A DNA stretch of 64,000 nucleotides from an uncultured Bacilli bacterium. GTDB lineage: Bacteria; Bacillota_I; Bacilli_A; RF39; UBA660. A model generated the notes under the pieces. That model did not search any database. It saw only the letters and a program-made list of their open reading frames with translations, and had not been told where the DNA came from. Shown one piece after another: positions 26,496 through 36,139 of this stretch. Position numbers and translations under genes: made by a program. Within the stretch, counting starts at the first letter, position 1. Every line of letters begins with the position of its first letter. The stretch lies in contig CAKOOH010000003.1 in assembly GCA_934098485.1 (NCBI GenBank), positions 1,706-65,705 of the forward strand. Reading direction: 5' to 3'.

Positions 26496-28595
26496 ATGAG
26501 TATTAAAGAATACGCAAACGATATGAACTTTACAGTCCAAGAAGTATTAATAAAATGTAAGGAGTTAGGTATTAAAGCCACCAATTCTGATTACATTTTA
26601 AACGATGATGATATTGTAATGTTAGATAATGTAATGAATCTAATAAGTACAAATGATGAAACTAATTTTGAAGAAATGGATGCTTTAGATGATGCTGTTG
26701 ATGAAATTTTAGGAGACAGTGTTAAAATTAGTGAAAGTAAACAAAAATTAAAAAAGAAAAAAAATATTTCTAATAAGGATAATATTGACTATTTAAATAA
26801 GAAAAAAGCCATGTATAAACATAAAGATAAATTAAGCACTAATGCTGAAGATGAAAATATCATTGTTTATAATGAAGGCATGACTGTTAAAGATCTTGCT
26901 GATGAATTAAATATTAGTCCTACCGATATTATTAAAAAGTTAATGATGTTAGGTACTATGCTTAATATGAATCAAACTATCGATTTTGAAACAGCTGAGA
27001 TTGTTTCTCTTGAATATGGCAAAACTCTAAAGAAAAGTGAAACTCAAGACATAACTAATTTTGAAGAATATGAAATTGTTGATGATCCTAAAGATTTAAT
27101 TGCTAGACCTCCAGTAATAACTGTTATGGGACATGTTGACCATGGTAAAACAACTCTTTTAGATTATATTAGAAAATCTAATGTAGCCGAAGGAGAAGCC
27201 GGTGGCATTACGCAAGCTATCGGTGCTTATCAAATAGATTATAATGGTAAAAAAATTAGTTTTATTGATACACCGGGTCATGCTGCTTTTACCGAAATGA
27301 GAGCAAGAGGCGCTAGTGTAACTGATATTGTTATTATTGTAGTTGCCGCTGATGATGGAGTAATGCCACAAACTAAAGAAGCTGTTGATCATGCTTTATC
27401 AGCTGACGTTCCTATCGTTGTTGCCGTAAATAAAATGGATAAGCCAGATGCTCATCCTGATAAAATAATGGAAGAAATGGCTGCTTTAAATATTGTTCCT
27501 GAAAGTTGGGGTGGCAACATTCCATTTGTAAACATCTCTGCCAAAACTGGTATGGGTGTTGACGAACTATTAGAAACTGTTTTAGCTATTGCCGAGGTAT
27601 CTGAATTAAAAGCAAACCCTAATAGATATGCGGTTGGTACAGTTATTGAATCTCGTATCGATAAAAATATTGGCGGTGTTGCATCCTTATTAATTCAAAA
27701 TGGTACTCTTCGTTTAGGAGATCCTATTGTAGTTGGTGTTTCTTATGGTAAAGTAAGAACTCTAAAAAATGATAAAGGTGAAAATATTTTATCTGCTGGA
27801 CCAAGTACTCCCGTTGAAATTACTGGACTAAATGATAATCCATCTGCTGGTGATAAATTTATGGCCTTTGAATCAGAAAAAACTGCTCGTGAAATTGCTG
27901 AAAAACGTCTAGATCTTGCTAAAAATAAAAAGCAAATAAAAGCTGCTGTATCATTTGATGATTTATTTAATAAAATCCAAAGTGGTACTAAAGAAATTAA
28001 TGTTGTCTTAAAATGTGACGTTCGTGGTAGTGAAGAAGCCGTTAAAAATGCTTTAGAAAAAATAAATGTTGAAGGCGTCAAAATCAAAGTTATTAGAAGT
28101 GGCATCGGAACTATTACCGAAAGTGATATCGTTCTTGCTAACGCATCAAATGCTATTGTTATTGGCTTTAATGTAATTCCATCATCTATCACTAAAGATG
28201 TTGCAAAACAATATGAAGTTGAAATTAGACTATATCAAATCATATATAAGTTAGTAGAAGAAATGGAAGCCGCTATGAAAGGTATGTTAGACCCTGAATT
28301 CGAAGAAAAAGTTACCGGTAATGCTGAAGTTAGAAAATTATTTAAATTTAGTAAAGTTGGAACTATTGCCGGAGTTATGGTAACATCTGGTATTATTAAA
28401 AATAAATCTAAAGTAAGAATTATTCGTGATGGCGTTATTATCTATGACGGTATTATTTCATCACTTCAAAGAGAAAAAGATACTGTTAAAGAAGTAAAAA
28501 GTGGTTTTGAATGTGGTATCACTATTGAAAACTTTAATGATATAAAAGAAAAAGATGTTTTTGAAACTTATGAAATGGTTGAGGTTAAAAGATAA
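26496..28595 (+). CDS. infB: Translation initiation factor IF-2
   Basis: RPPVITVMGHVDHGKTTLLD, DTPGHAAF, NKMDK. Confidence 0.97.
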   Translation: MSIKEYANDMNFTVQEVLIKCKELGIKATNSDYILNDDDIVMLDNVMNLISTNDETNFEEMDALDDAVDEILGDSVKISESKQKLKKKKNISNKDNIDYLNKKKAMYKHKDKLSTNAEDENIIVYNEGMTVKDLADELNISPTDIIKKLMMLGTMLNMNQTIDFETAEIVSLEYGKTLKKSETQDITNFEEYEIVDDPKDLIARPPVITVMGHVDHGKTTLLDYIRKSNVAEGEAGGITQAIGAYQIDYNGKKISFIDTPGHAAFTEMRARGASVTDIVIIVVAADDGVMPQTKEAVDHALSADVPIVVAVNKMDKPDAHPDKIMEEMAALNIVPESWGGNIPFVNISAKTGMGVDELLETVLAIAEVSELKANPNRYAVGTVIESRIDKNIGGVASLLIQNGTLRLGDPIVVGVSYGKVRTLKNDKGENILSAGPSTPVEITGLNDNPSAGDKFMAFESEKTAREIAEKRLDLAKNKKQIKAAVSFDDLFNKIQSGTKEINVVLKCDVRGSEEAVKNALEKINVEGVKIKVIRSGIGTITESDIVLANASNAIVIGFNVIPSSITKDVAKQYEVEIRLYQIIYKLVEEMEAAMKGMLDPEFEEKVTGNAEVRKLFKFSKVGTIAGVMVTSGIIKNKSKVRIIRDGVIIYDGIISSLQREKDTVKEVKSGFECGITIENFNDIKEKDVFETYEMVEVKR

Positions 28596-28939
28596 TGAGT
28601 AATATAAAAATAGAAAGAATTTCTTCCCAAATAACTAAAGAATTATCTGAAATATTTTATGAAGAAGTTCATAACGAAATTTTAAAAAGTGTAACAATAA
28701 TTGATGCAAAAGTTACTAATGACTTATCACTTGCAAAAGTTTATTATACTTTTTTAGGGAATTATGATAAAATAACTATTCAAGAAGAGCTTAAAAATGC
28801 TAGTAGCTTCTTAAGAACTGAACTTGCAAAAAGAATGGATTTAAGAACCACACCAGAACTTAGATTTGTTTATGATGAATCTACTGAATATGGTGAGCAC
28901 ATTGATGAAATAATAGAAGAAATTCATAACGAAAAATAA
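28595..28939 (+). CDS. rbfA: Ribosome-binding factor A
   Basis: RISSQITKELSEI...AKVYY...TPELRFVYDES pattern; operon position. Confidence 0.9.
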   Translation: MSNIKIERISSQITKELSEIFYEEVHNEILKSVTIIDAKVTNDLSLAKVYYTFLGNYDKITIQEELKNASSFLRTELAKRMDLRTTPELRFVYDESTEYGEHIDEIIEEIHNEK

Positions 28940-28956
28940 TTTTAATAGGGGGATTT

Positions 28957-29502
28957 ATGAAGTTGTATTTAAAAAACATTACTGATGAAGATCATAAAGC
29001 ATTAATAACTGCTATGCTTGTTCATCATTATCAAGATATTGCGGGTCCCGATTGGGTAGAAAAAATTCCTGTAAAAAAATTAAGAGAACGCTTTAGTTAT
29101 GCCACAAATGAAGCTAAAAGAGACGTTTATGAATTATTTGAAACAAATTTATTTAATACAGTTGCGTTCGCTATTATGGGAGAAGACGGCTCATTATATG
29201 GTCTTGCCCTTTTAGATATATTAAGCATGCATTTAGAAGATGAAAGTACCGATACTTACGGTCAGTTATATCAATTATATATTAGACCCGAGTATCGTAA
29301 AAGTTTCACTTCATCTGATAGTAAAAGTTTAGGTGCTGAATTAAAAACAGCATTAGAAAACTATTTTAAAGCAAATGATGTAAATGAAGTAATTATGAAT
29401 ATTCCTAAAAGTGTAAGTTACCTACTGGAACTAGGTAAAATTTTAGAATTTGAAAGCGTCAAAGAAAATCCCAAAACAACTGAGACAATCCATAAATTTT
29501 AG
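28957..29502 (+). CDS. Hypothetical protein, weakly GNAT-like
   Basis: LYQLYIRPEYRK...LGAEL resembles the GNAT motif A region. Inserted between rbfA and truB. Confidence 0.4.
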   Translation: MKLYLKNITDEDHKALITAMLVHHYQDIAGPDWVEKIPVKKLRERFSYATNEAKRDVYELFETNLFNTVAFAIMGEDGSLYGLALLDILSMHLEDESTDTYGQLYQLYIRPEYRKSFTSSDSKSLGAELKTALENYFKANDVNEVIMNIPKSVSYLLELGKILEFESVKENPKTTETIHKF

Positions 29503-29509
29503 GTAAACT

Positions 29510-30343
29510 ATGAATGGCGCAATAATTGTAAATAAAGAAAAAGGCCTAACCAGTAGAGATGTCATTAATAAATTAAACAAAATATTACATACCAAAAAAA
29601 TCGGCCATATTGGTACTCTTGATCCTATGGCCACCGGTGTTTTAGTTTGTTTAGTTGGAAAATGTACTAAACTTTGTAACATTTTAGTTAATCATGATAA
29701 AGAATATATTGCTTCCTTTAAATTAGGCTTACTTACAGATACTCTAGATATAACCGGTCAAATTTTAAAAGAAGAAAAATATATTATTGATGAAACAAAA
29801 TTAAAAGAAGTTTTAAATAGTTTTATTAAAACTTATAAGCAAACAGTACCAGTATATTCAGCCGTAAAAAAGAACGGTAAAAAATTATACGAGTATGCAA
29901 GAAATAATATTGAAGTTACTCTTCCTGAAAAATTATGCACAATATATTCTCTTGAATTATTAAATATAACTAATGATATTATTACTATCAAAACAAAAGT
30001 ATCTAAAGGAACATATATAAGAGCGCTTATTAGAGATATTGGTTCTTCTTTAAACACATATGGAACCATGACATCTTTAGAAAGAATAAGTTTAGATAAG
30101 TTCACTATAAATGATAGCTATACTATAGATGAAATTGAAAAAGGTCATTTTAAATTACTAAAACCAGAAGATATTTTAAATTGTACAATTGTAAATATTG
30201 GTAAAGACCTTCTTTTTAAAATTCAAAATGGTCAAAGACTAAAAATGAATGACAAATTCGTATTGTTCAAATACTTAGGAAAAGACATCGCGATTTATCA
30301 AAAATATAAAGATAATGAAATTAAACCATTAATTATATTTTAA
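29510..30343 (+). CDS. truB: tRNA pseudouridine-55 synthase TruB
   Basis: KIGHIGTLDPMATGVLV motif containing the catalytic Asp. Confidence 0.9.
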   Translation: MNGAIIVNKEKGLTSRDVINKLNKILHTKKIGHIGTLDPMATGVLVCLVGKCTKLCNILVNHDKEYIASFKLGLLTDTLDITGQILKEEKYIIDETKLKEVLNSFIKTYKQTVPVYSAVKKNGKKLYEYARNNIEVTLPEKLCTIYSLELLNITNDIITIKTKVSKGTYIRALIRDIGSSLNTYGTMTSLERISLDKFTINDSYTIDEIEKGHFKLLKPEDILNCTIVNIGKDLLFKIQNGQRLKMNDKFVLFKYLGKDIAIYQKYKDNEIKPLIIF

Positions 30344-30366
30344 AAGCCAATTTTAGGCTTTTTCTT
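30343..30366 (+). terminator. Terminator after truB
   Basis: AAGCC-aatttta-GGCTT followed by TTTC TTTT. Confidence 0.55.
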
Positions 30367-30400
30367 TTGTGACATTTTTCGCACTATTTTTTAAAAGATG

Positions 30401-30409
30401 TGTTATAAT
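30401..30409 (+). promoter_or_regulatory. Extended -10 promoter very close to the ATG at 30418
   Basis: TGTTATAAT ends 8 nt before the start codon. No Shine-Dalgarno sequence lies between them. Confidence 0.45.
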
Positions 30410-30417
30410 ATAAAACC

Positions 30418-31062
30418 ATGAAAACAAATTTAAAAGAATTAATTAAAATTATAACAGTTATAATTGTCTTATTTAGTTTTATGACAATTTATATTATTAA
30501 TGATTATCAAAGTGGTAAAAAACTAGAAGAAATTGCCTTTTTTGATGAAGAAAATCTTCCTGATTACATTGAAGAAAAAACAGAAAAAACTTCTGCTACC
30601 ATGACCACCACTAAAGAAACAACAACTACTACTGTGCCTGTAAAACAAATCGTTTGGGATAATTTAACATTAGAAGAATTAACTAGTAAATTGGATGCCA
30701 ATTTATATGATACTCTAAAAGGAACTGGAATTCATTTTGCTTCTTTTACTAGAGATTATGGGTTAGATCCTTATTTAGCTGTATCCATCGTCAATTTAGA
30801 AACGGGCTGTAAATGGGGATGTTCTACATTAGTGAAAAAATGTAATAACATAGGTGGTTTAAAAGGAAGACCTTCTTGTGGTGGTGCTTATATGAAATAT
30901 GATACTCTTGAAGAAGGAATTTATGGATACCTTAATATTGTTTATAAATACTACTGGTTAAAGGGTTTAACTACTGCTCAATTAATGAATCCTAAATATG
31001 CAGAAGACCCTCTATGGGCTCAAAAAGTTAATGCTTATTATGAAACAATTAAAGCCACTTAA
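30418..31062 (+). CDS. Membrane-anchored glucosaminidase-domain (LytD/FlgJ-type muramidase-like) protein
   Basis: N-terminal TM segment and a Thr-rich linker. LAVSIVNLETGCKWGCSTLVKKCNNIGGLKG...YDTLEEGIYGY resembles the PF01832 core (..ES.wG.S.la...NN.FGiK). Confidence 0.6.
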   Translation: MKTNLKELIKIITVIIVLFSFMTIYIINDYQSGKKLEEIAFFDEENLPDYIEEKTEKTSATMTTTKETTTTTVPVKQIVWDNLTLEELTSKLDANLYDTLKGTGIHFASFTRDYGLDPYLAVSIVNLETGCKWGCSTLVKKCNNIGGLKGRPSCGGAYMKYDTLEEGIYGYLNIVYKYYWLKGLTTAQLMNPKYAEDPLWAQKVNAYYETIKAT

Positions 31063-31108
31063 TTGTTTTTTTGTGTATCTTTTGTTATCATTGTTATAGG
31101 TGGAAAAT

Positions 31109-32503
31109 ATGAAATATAAATGTGAAAATTGTGGCTTTATTCACGAAGGTGAGTTATTTGATGGTTACATTTGTCCCTTTTGTAGATCACCTCTTCAATC
31201 ATTTAAATTAATAAGTAAAGAAGAGAAAGTATACAACCGGGTAAATATAAAAAGTGATAATAAGTGTATAAATAGAGTTTTAGAAAAATGTATAAACTGT
31301 GGAGTTTGCTCTAAAACCTGTGAAAATATTGTGGGAATTAAATATGATTCTAAAAAATGTGATGGTATTTGTATAGGTTGTGGTCAGTGTCTTTTAACCT
31401 GTCCGACTGGCGCTATAACGCCTAAATACTGTTACCGAGATGTTTTAAACTACATTAATGATAAAGAATATAAAGTTATTGCCATGACTAGTCCTGCTGT
31501 AAGAGTTTCTTTAGGCGATGCCTTTAATTTTCCTAAAGGATCTTTCGTTGAAGGAAAAATGGTTAGCAGTTTAAAACGCCTTGGTTTTGATTATGTTTTT
31601 GATACCTCTTTTGGTGCTGATTTAACTAGCATTGAAGAAGCCCACGAATTATATGAAAGAATTAAACAAAATAAAAAGGGCATGTTTACTAGTTGTTGTC
31701 CATCTTGGGTTAAATATGCCTCAATATATCATCCGGAGTTAATATCTAATTTATCAACTTGTAAAAGTCCTATCGGAATGGAAAGTTCAATTATTAAAGA
31801 ATATTTTGCTCCCTTAGAAAATATTTCTAAAGAAAAATTAATTATTGTTGCCATTGTCCCTTGTACAAGTAAAAAAGAAGAAATCATTAATTCTGACTGT
31901 GATTATGCTCTTACAACTAGTGAACTTGCTTTAATGATTAGAGAATATAATATTGATTTTAATAACTTAAAAGATGAAGAATTTGATAATATTAAAGGCT
32001 CATCTTCTGGTAAAATATTTGGTGCTTCTTCCGGCGTTGCCTTATCAGTATTAAGAAGCCTTTACCATGAGATAACCAATAAAGATTTAAAAGAAGAAGA
32101 AATCAGTATTAAAGAAAAAGATACTTACAAAGAAATTAAAATCAAAATGAGTAAATATATAGTTAAAGCCATATCTGTATCAACAATGAAAAATTTAGAA
32201 AGCATTCTTCCTATTATAAATGAATATGATTTAATAGAAGTTATGAACTGTGATGGAGGATGCATCAGTGGTGGTGGGCAAATTATAATGCCGATTGTCG
32301 AAAAACAAGAAATCAAAAAAGAAAGAAAAAACAGTTTATTTAAACAAGATAAAAAACCTGCTATAAAGTATGCTTATAAAAACAATGAAATTATTTCTCT
32401 TTATGACGATTATTTAAAAGACAATAAGGACATTAGAGAAAAACTTTTGCACACAACTCATAAAGACCTATCACATTTATTAACTAAGAAAGAAGAAAAA
32501 TAA
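31109..32503 (+). CDS. [FeFe]-hydrogenase-family protein with an N-terminal rubredoxin-like zinc ribbon and two 4Fe-4S motifs
   Basis: The N-terminal zinc ribbon is CENCG...CPFC. Two 4Fe-4S motifs follow (CINCGVCSKTCE, CIGCGQCLLTCP). The H-cluster motifs are FTSCCPSW, VPCTSKKEE and EVMNCDGGCISGGGQ. Confidence 0.8.
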   Translation: MKYKCENCGFIHEGELFDGYICPFCRSPLQSFKLISKEEKVYNRVNIKSDNKCINRVLEKCINCGVCSKTCENIVGIKYDSKKCDGICIGCGQCLLTCPTGAITPKYCYRDVLNYINDKEYKVIAMTSPAVRVSLGDAFNFPKGSFVEGKMVSSLKRLGFDYVFDTSFGADLTSIEEAHELYERIKQNKKGMFTSCCPSWVKYASIYHPELISNLSTCKSPIGMESSIIKEYFAPLENISKEKLIIVAIVPCTSKKEEIINSDCDYALTTSELALMIREYNIDFNNLKDEEFDNIKGSSSGKIFGASSGVALSVLRSLYHEITNKDLKEEEISIKEKDTYKEIKIKMSKYIVKAISVSTMKNLESILPIINEYDLIEVMNCDGGCISGGGQIIMPIVEKQEIKKERKNSLFKQDKKPAIKYAYKNNEIISLYDDYLKDNKDIREKLLHTTHKDLSHLLTKKEEK

Positions 32504-32504
32504 C

Positions 32505-34037
32505 ATGTATGATCCTAAACTTTTAAAATTGAATTTTAGCAATTTATTCGGTCAAGACCTAGATAATTTTTTAAGTGACGAAAATTTTATAAAAGCACTA
32601 TACGAAAAAAGTTATAGTGTTCTTACCGCTAAATGTTCTTACGATGGCAAAAATGAATTAAAATTAAAAATTTTAGAAAACTATTTTTTGTATTTATCTT
32701 CACAAAGTAAGTTAAATTCTAAAAATCAAGAACATTTAGATTTTCTTAAAGAATTTTATTTTAAATTATTTATTTCCCATCCAATTATATTTTTTAAAAG
32801 TAGTCTTTATAAATATCCCGATTTAATATTTCCTGAAATGCCAGAAAGCATTTATAATGAACTTGAAAATTTAAAAAATACGGCTACTAAAAATGCCAAG
32901 AAATACTTACGAAAAGATAATCTTTCTCAAAGTGATATTAATTACCTATTACTATTTTATAAAGATAGAAAAAACTCTAAAACTAAAGAAAAAATTATTA
33001 CATATATCATTAATAATTTTAAAGAATGTTCGCTTCCAGAAAAGAGTTTTTTATTAGAAGCAATAGGAAAGGAGATTAATTTAGAAACTCCTGCTTATCT
33101 TTGCATTACTGATGCCCTTTCAACTAGTGATATTAACTTTTTCTTACCTCGTTCTTGTTTAATTGGTATTAACCCAGAATTTTTAAAGAAAGACGTTGTT
33201 ACTGTATTATATAAACTTATAACTCAAATTAAACATTCTATCGACATTAAAGTACCATTAAGCATGGAATTTTCATCTAATAGTTTTTCTACTTTAAATG
33301 CTTTACTGCCTGGTGAATCAGATGATGAATATAATTTAGCATCTCAAAAATTTGCCATAGAAAAACTAGATACCATCTTTAGTAAATATGATGCTCAAAA
33401 TAATTTGTTATCTAAAGTATCTAGAGAAAATAAGAAATTATCTAAAAAAGAGCCTATCAAAAGAATTAGTAAACCTTATGAAAATATCGTAACATCAGTT
33501 AGAAATAATCCTTATTTATTAAATGAATATCCTGAATTAAAACTTATTTTTAATCCTGATGGGACTTTAAAAGACATTTCGGAATTAGTTAAATTATATG
33601 CTCTTTTAGATTCTAATTTAGAAAAGATTATGGCAAGTACCCCCATCAAAGAATTAACCCCTATAATATACTTTATTGATCATGAACTTTTAAGTAGAAA
33701 GAAAGTTACATTAACTGGTCAGAGTAAAGAATACTTACACACTTTTTTTGATATTATTATTTGCTTAATAAATAAAAGATGTAGTGAAATAGAAGATTTA
33801 ATAAAAATGATTATCAATAATCCTCGAAAAAAAGAAGAAATTAGTAGTCTAATTGAAAGTCATTTTATTATAATAGACGAGTATTTAAAAACTTTAAATT
33901 ATTATCGTTTAAATCAAAAGGGCGATTCTTACATTAATAATGGTTTTATTTCTTTAGAAGCCACCATTTTAAAAACAAAAGATGATTATTCTTACATTTT
34001 AAGATGTAGTACTTTAAGACTATTAACTTTAAAATAA
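32505..34037 (+). CDS. Hypothetical 510-aa protein, tightly coupled to the hydrogenase-like gene
   Basis: Long ORF whose ATG starts 1 nt after the upstream stop. I recognise no motifs. Confidence 0.5.
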   Translation: MYDPKLLKLNFSNLFGQDLDNFLSDENFIKALYEKSYSVLTAKCSYDGKNELKLKILENYFLYLSSQSKLNSKNQEHLDFLKEFYFKLFISHPIIFFKSSLYKYPDLIFPEMPESIYNELENLKNTATKNAKKYLRKDNLSQSDINYLLLFYKDRKNSKTKEKIITYIINNFKECSLPEKSFLLEAIGKEINLETPAYLCITDALSTSDINFFLPRSCLIGINPEFLKKDVVTVLYKLITQIKHSIDIKVPLSMEFSSNSFSTLNALLPGESDDEYNLASQKFAIEKLDTIFSKYDAQNNLLSKVSRENKKLSKKEPIKRISKPYENIVTSVRNNPYLLNEYPELKLIFNPDGTLKDISELVKLYALLDSNLEKIMASTPIKELTPIIYFIDHELLSRKKVTLTGQSKEYLHTFFDIIICLINKRCSEIEDLIKMIINNPRKKEEISSLIESHFIIIDEYLKTLNYYRLNQKGDSYINNGFISLEATILKTKDDYSYILRCSTLRLLTLK

Positions 34038-34066
34038 AAAAGTTGACTCAACAAAAGTCAGCTTTT

Positions 34067-35008
34067 TTATAATACATCATCATCAAAACCTAAAGTGTTT
34101 TTTGCCACATAAATAGGTCTTCTTTTAATTTCTAGATACATCTTAGAAATATATTCACCAAGTATTCCTACTGCAAGTAGATTAAGGCCACCAAATAAAA
34201 GAACTACACAAATTAAAGAAGGATATCCCGGAACATCAGCCCCCGTAATTAATGTTTTAATTAAAATAACTAATAAATAAATAAAGGCAAATCCCGATGA
34301 TAAAATTCCTCCAACAGTTGCTAGTTTTAATGGCTTAACACTAAAATTAACAATTCCATACCACGCATACTTAAATGATTTTATTAAATTAAAGTTAGAT
34401 TTACCCGAATGTCTATCTTCAACTTCATAATTTAAATATTTAGTTTTAAAACCTACCCAAGAAAATATTCCTTTAGAAAAACGATTATTTTCTCCTAGGC
34501 TAACAATAGCGTCAACAACATTTTTTCTAAACATTCTAAAATCAGAAGCACCATTATGAAATTTAGTATCACTTAATTGATTCATAAATTTATAAAAAGC
34601 ACCTTTTAAAAACCTTGCTAAAAAACTTTCATTTGGTCTTTTTTCATTAACCATAGCCACTGCATCATAGTCTTCGTTTTCTTCTAAAAAATTCATCATT
34701 TCTAAAATATACTTAGGATTTTGTTGTAAATCACCATCTACAATAGAAGTGTACTTAGCCTTAGCGTGAGAAAGCCCCGCATATATTGCCGCATCTTTTC
34801 CAAAATTACGACTAAAATTTATCACTTTAACATGTTTTTTATCACTTTCATAAACTTCTCTTAATTTTAAGTATGTATTATCTTTAGATCCATCATTAAC
34901 AAATATAAGTTCATAGTCTACATCCCTTAATGCTTCCGTTAATTTATCGTGCATTAATAATACATTTCCTTCTTCATTATAGCAAGGTATAATTATATTT
35001 AACTTCAT
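34067..35008 (-). CDS. GT2-family polyprenyl-phosphate glycosyltransferase (GtrB/CsbB-like)
   Basis: IIIPCYNEEGN, NDGSKDNT and DGDLQQ motifs plus two C-terminal TM helices. The ATG at 35008 follows GAGGTG. Confidence 0.8.
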   Translation of the reverse strand: MKLNIIIPCYNEEGNVLLMHDKLTEALRDVDYELIFVNDGSKDNTYLKLREVYESDKKHVKVINFSRNFGKDAAIYAGLSHAKAKYTSIVDGDLQQNPKYILEMMNFLEENEDYDAVAMVNEKRPNESFLARFLKGAFYKFMNQLSDTKFHNGASDFRMFRKNVVDAIVSLGENNRFSKGIFSWVGFKTKYLNYEVEDRHSGKSNFNLIKSFKYAWYGIVNFSVKPLKLATVGGILSSGFAFIYLLVILIKTLITGADVPGYPSLICVVLLFGGLNLLAVGILGEYISKMYLEIKRRPIYVAKNTLGFDDDVL

Positions 35009-35127
35009 TTTGCACCTCAAATAGATTATAACATGTAAAAGGTAGATAGTAAATTAGAGATATTATTTCTAAAAAAAAATCATATTTTAAAGATTATAAA
35101 AAATTTTTTTGCACTTTTATAAAAATG

Positions 35128-35136
35128 TGTTATAAT
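35128..35136 (+). promoter_or_regulatory. Extended -10 promoter
   Basis: TGTTATAAT upstream of RBS AAAGGTGG and the ATG at 35162. Confidence 0.5.
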
Positions 35137-35161
35137 TACAATAATAAAGGTGGTTAGCAAA

Positions 35162-36046
35162 ATGGATACGATTTTAAAAAATGATACTCTAAATACAGTT
35201 ATGAGTTTTATCAAGAGTAATATTTGGATTATAGGATTACTTCTAGCAATTGTTGTTGTAATTATTTTAATTATTATCTTTTCAAAGAAAAGACCTGTCG
35301 AAATAGAAAGTACTAGTAATGACAATGTCGGCGATTTAATGAATGTAAATCCGTCTTTAGAAAATAGTACTAATATAATAAATACGGATGAAGTAAATGC
35401 ACCAGCCCCGGTAAATGCCCCTGAGTCTTTAAATGAAGAAAATTTAGAAACTCCCATAATGCCGGTAACTGAAGAAGTTGAAATGAATGTAAATACTGCC
35501 GTAACACCAGCCCCTGTAAATTTAGAAACCACACCAGTTAGTGTACCAGAAGAAACAAGTGCTATAAATGCAGAACCTATTTCTTTAGAACCAGAAATTC
35601 CCGAAGTTGCAAGTGCGGCACCTACTTATGAAGAAATAAAAGAAACATCAAATTTAAATATAGTAGATGATAATGTTTTAAATAATAACTTAATGAATAA
35701 TGATGCTAGTGCTAATGTCGTAGTAAATAATCCTATTAATAATGCACCGGCAGAAAAAGAAGATTTAAATGCTTTTGATCTTCCTATGCCAGCCCAAAAT
35801 ACTGAAGTAGTAAATAATTCTGCATCTGCACCTAAAGAAACCGAAACTTTAGAAGAAGAACCTGTAAAAACTGAAAACTTTACTGCACCTGAAGTAACTA
35901 ACTTAGAAGACACCTTAGAGCTTCCTAAAATGGCAAACGAAGCTATCAATGAAAATATAACTGCTACTAAAAAATGCCCTAACTGTGGACATGATAACCC
36001 ATACTCATATAAAGTGTGTGTTAAATGTGGTACTATTTTAGAATAA
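35162..36046 (+). CDS. Single-pass membrane protein with a low-complexity N/P/E/V-rich region and a C-terminal zinc ribbon
   Basis: TM segment IWIIGLLLAIVVVIILIIIF and C-terminal CPNCGHDN...CVKCG. Confidence 0.6.
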   Translation: MDTILKNDTLNTVMSFIKSNIWIIGLLLAIVVVIILIIIFSKKRPVEIESTSNDNVGDLMNVNPSLENSTNIINTDEVNAPAPVNAPESLNEENLETPIMPVTEEVEMNVNTAVTPAPVNLETTPVSVPEETSAINAEPISLEPEIPEVASAAPTYEEIKETSNLNIVDDNVLNNNLMNNDASANVVVNNPINNAPAEKEDLNAFDLPMPAQNTEVVNNSASAPKETETLEEEPVKTENFTAPEVTNLEDTLELPKMANEAINENITATKKCPNCGHDNPYSYKVCVKCGTILE

Positions 36047-36139
36047 TAACTATGGTAAAACATAGTTTTTTTCATGTCTAAATTTTTTACATATAAAAGT
36101 ATGACGTGTTATAATAAATAAAGAAAGAAAGTGAGTTCT

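Noticed and set aside
27743-28192. 149-aa ORF antisense to infB (also 27159-27392)
   Set aside because: Antisense to one of the most conserved genes in the window; a compositional artefact.
35080-36075. Two ~150-aa ORFs (35080-35532 and 35626-36075) antisense to the zinc-ribbon membrane protein gene
   Set aside because: They mirror the low-complexity (N/P/E/V/A/T-rich) coding region. The plus-strand gene has a promoter, an RBS, a TM helix and a CxxC...CxxC ribbon, whereas the antisense frames have none of these.
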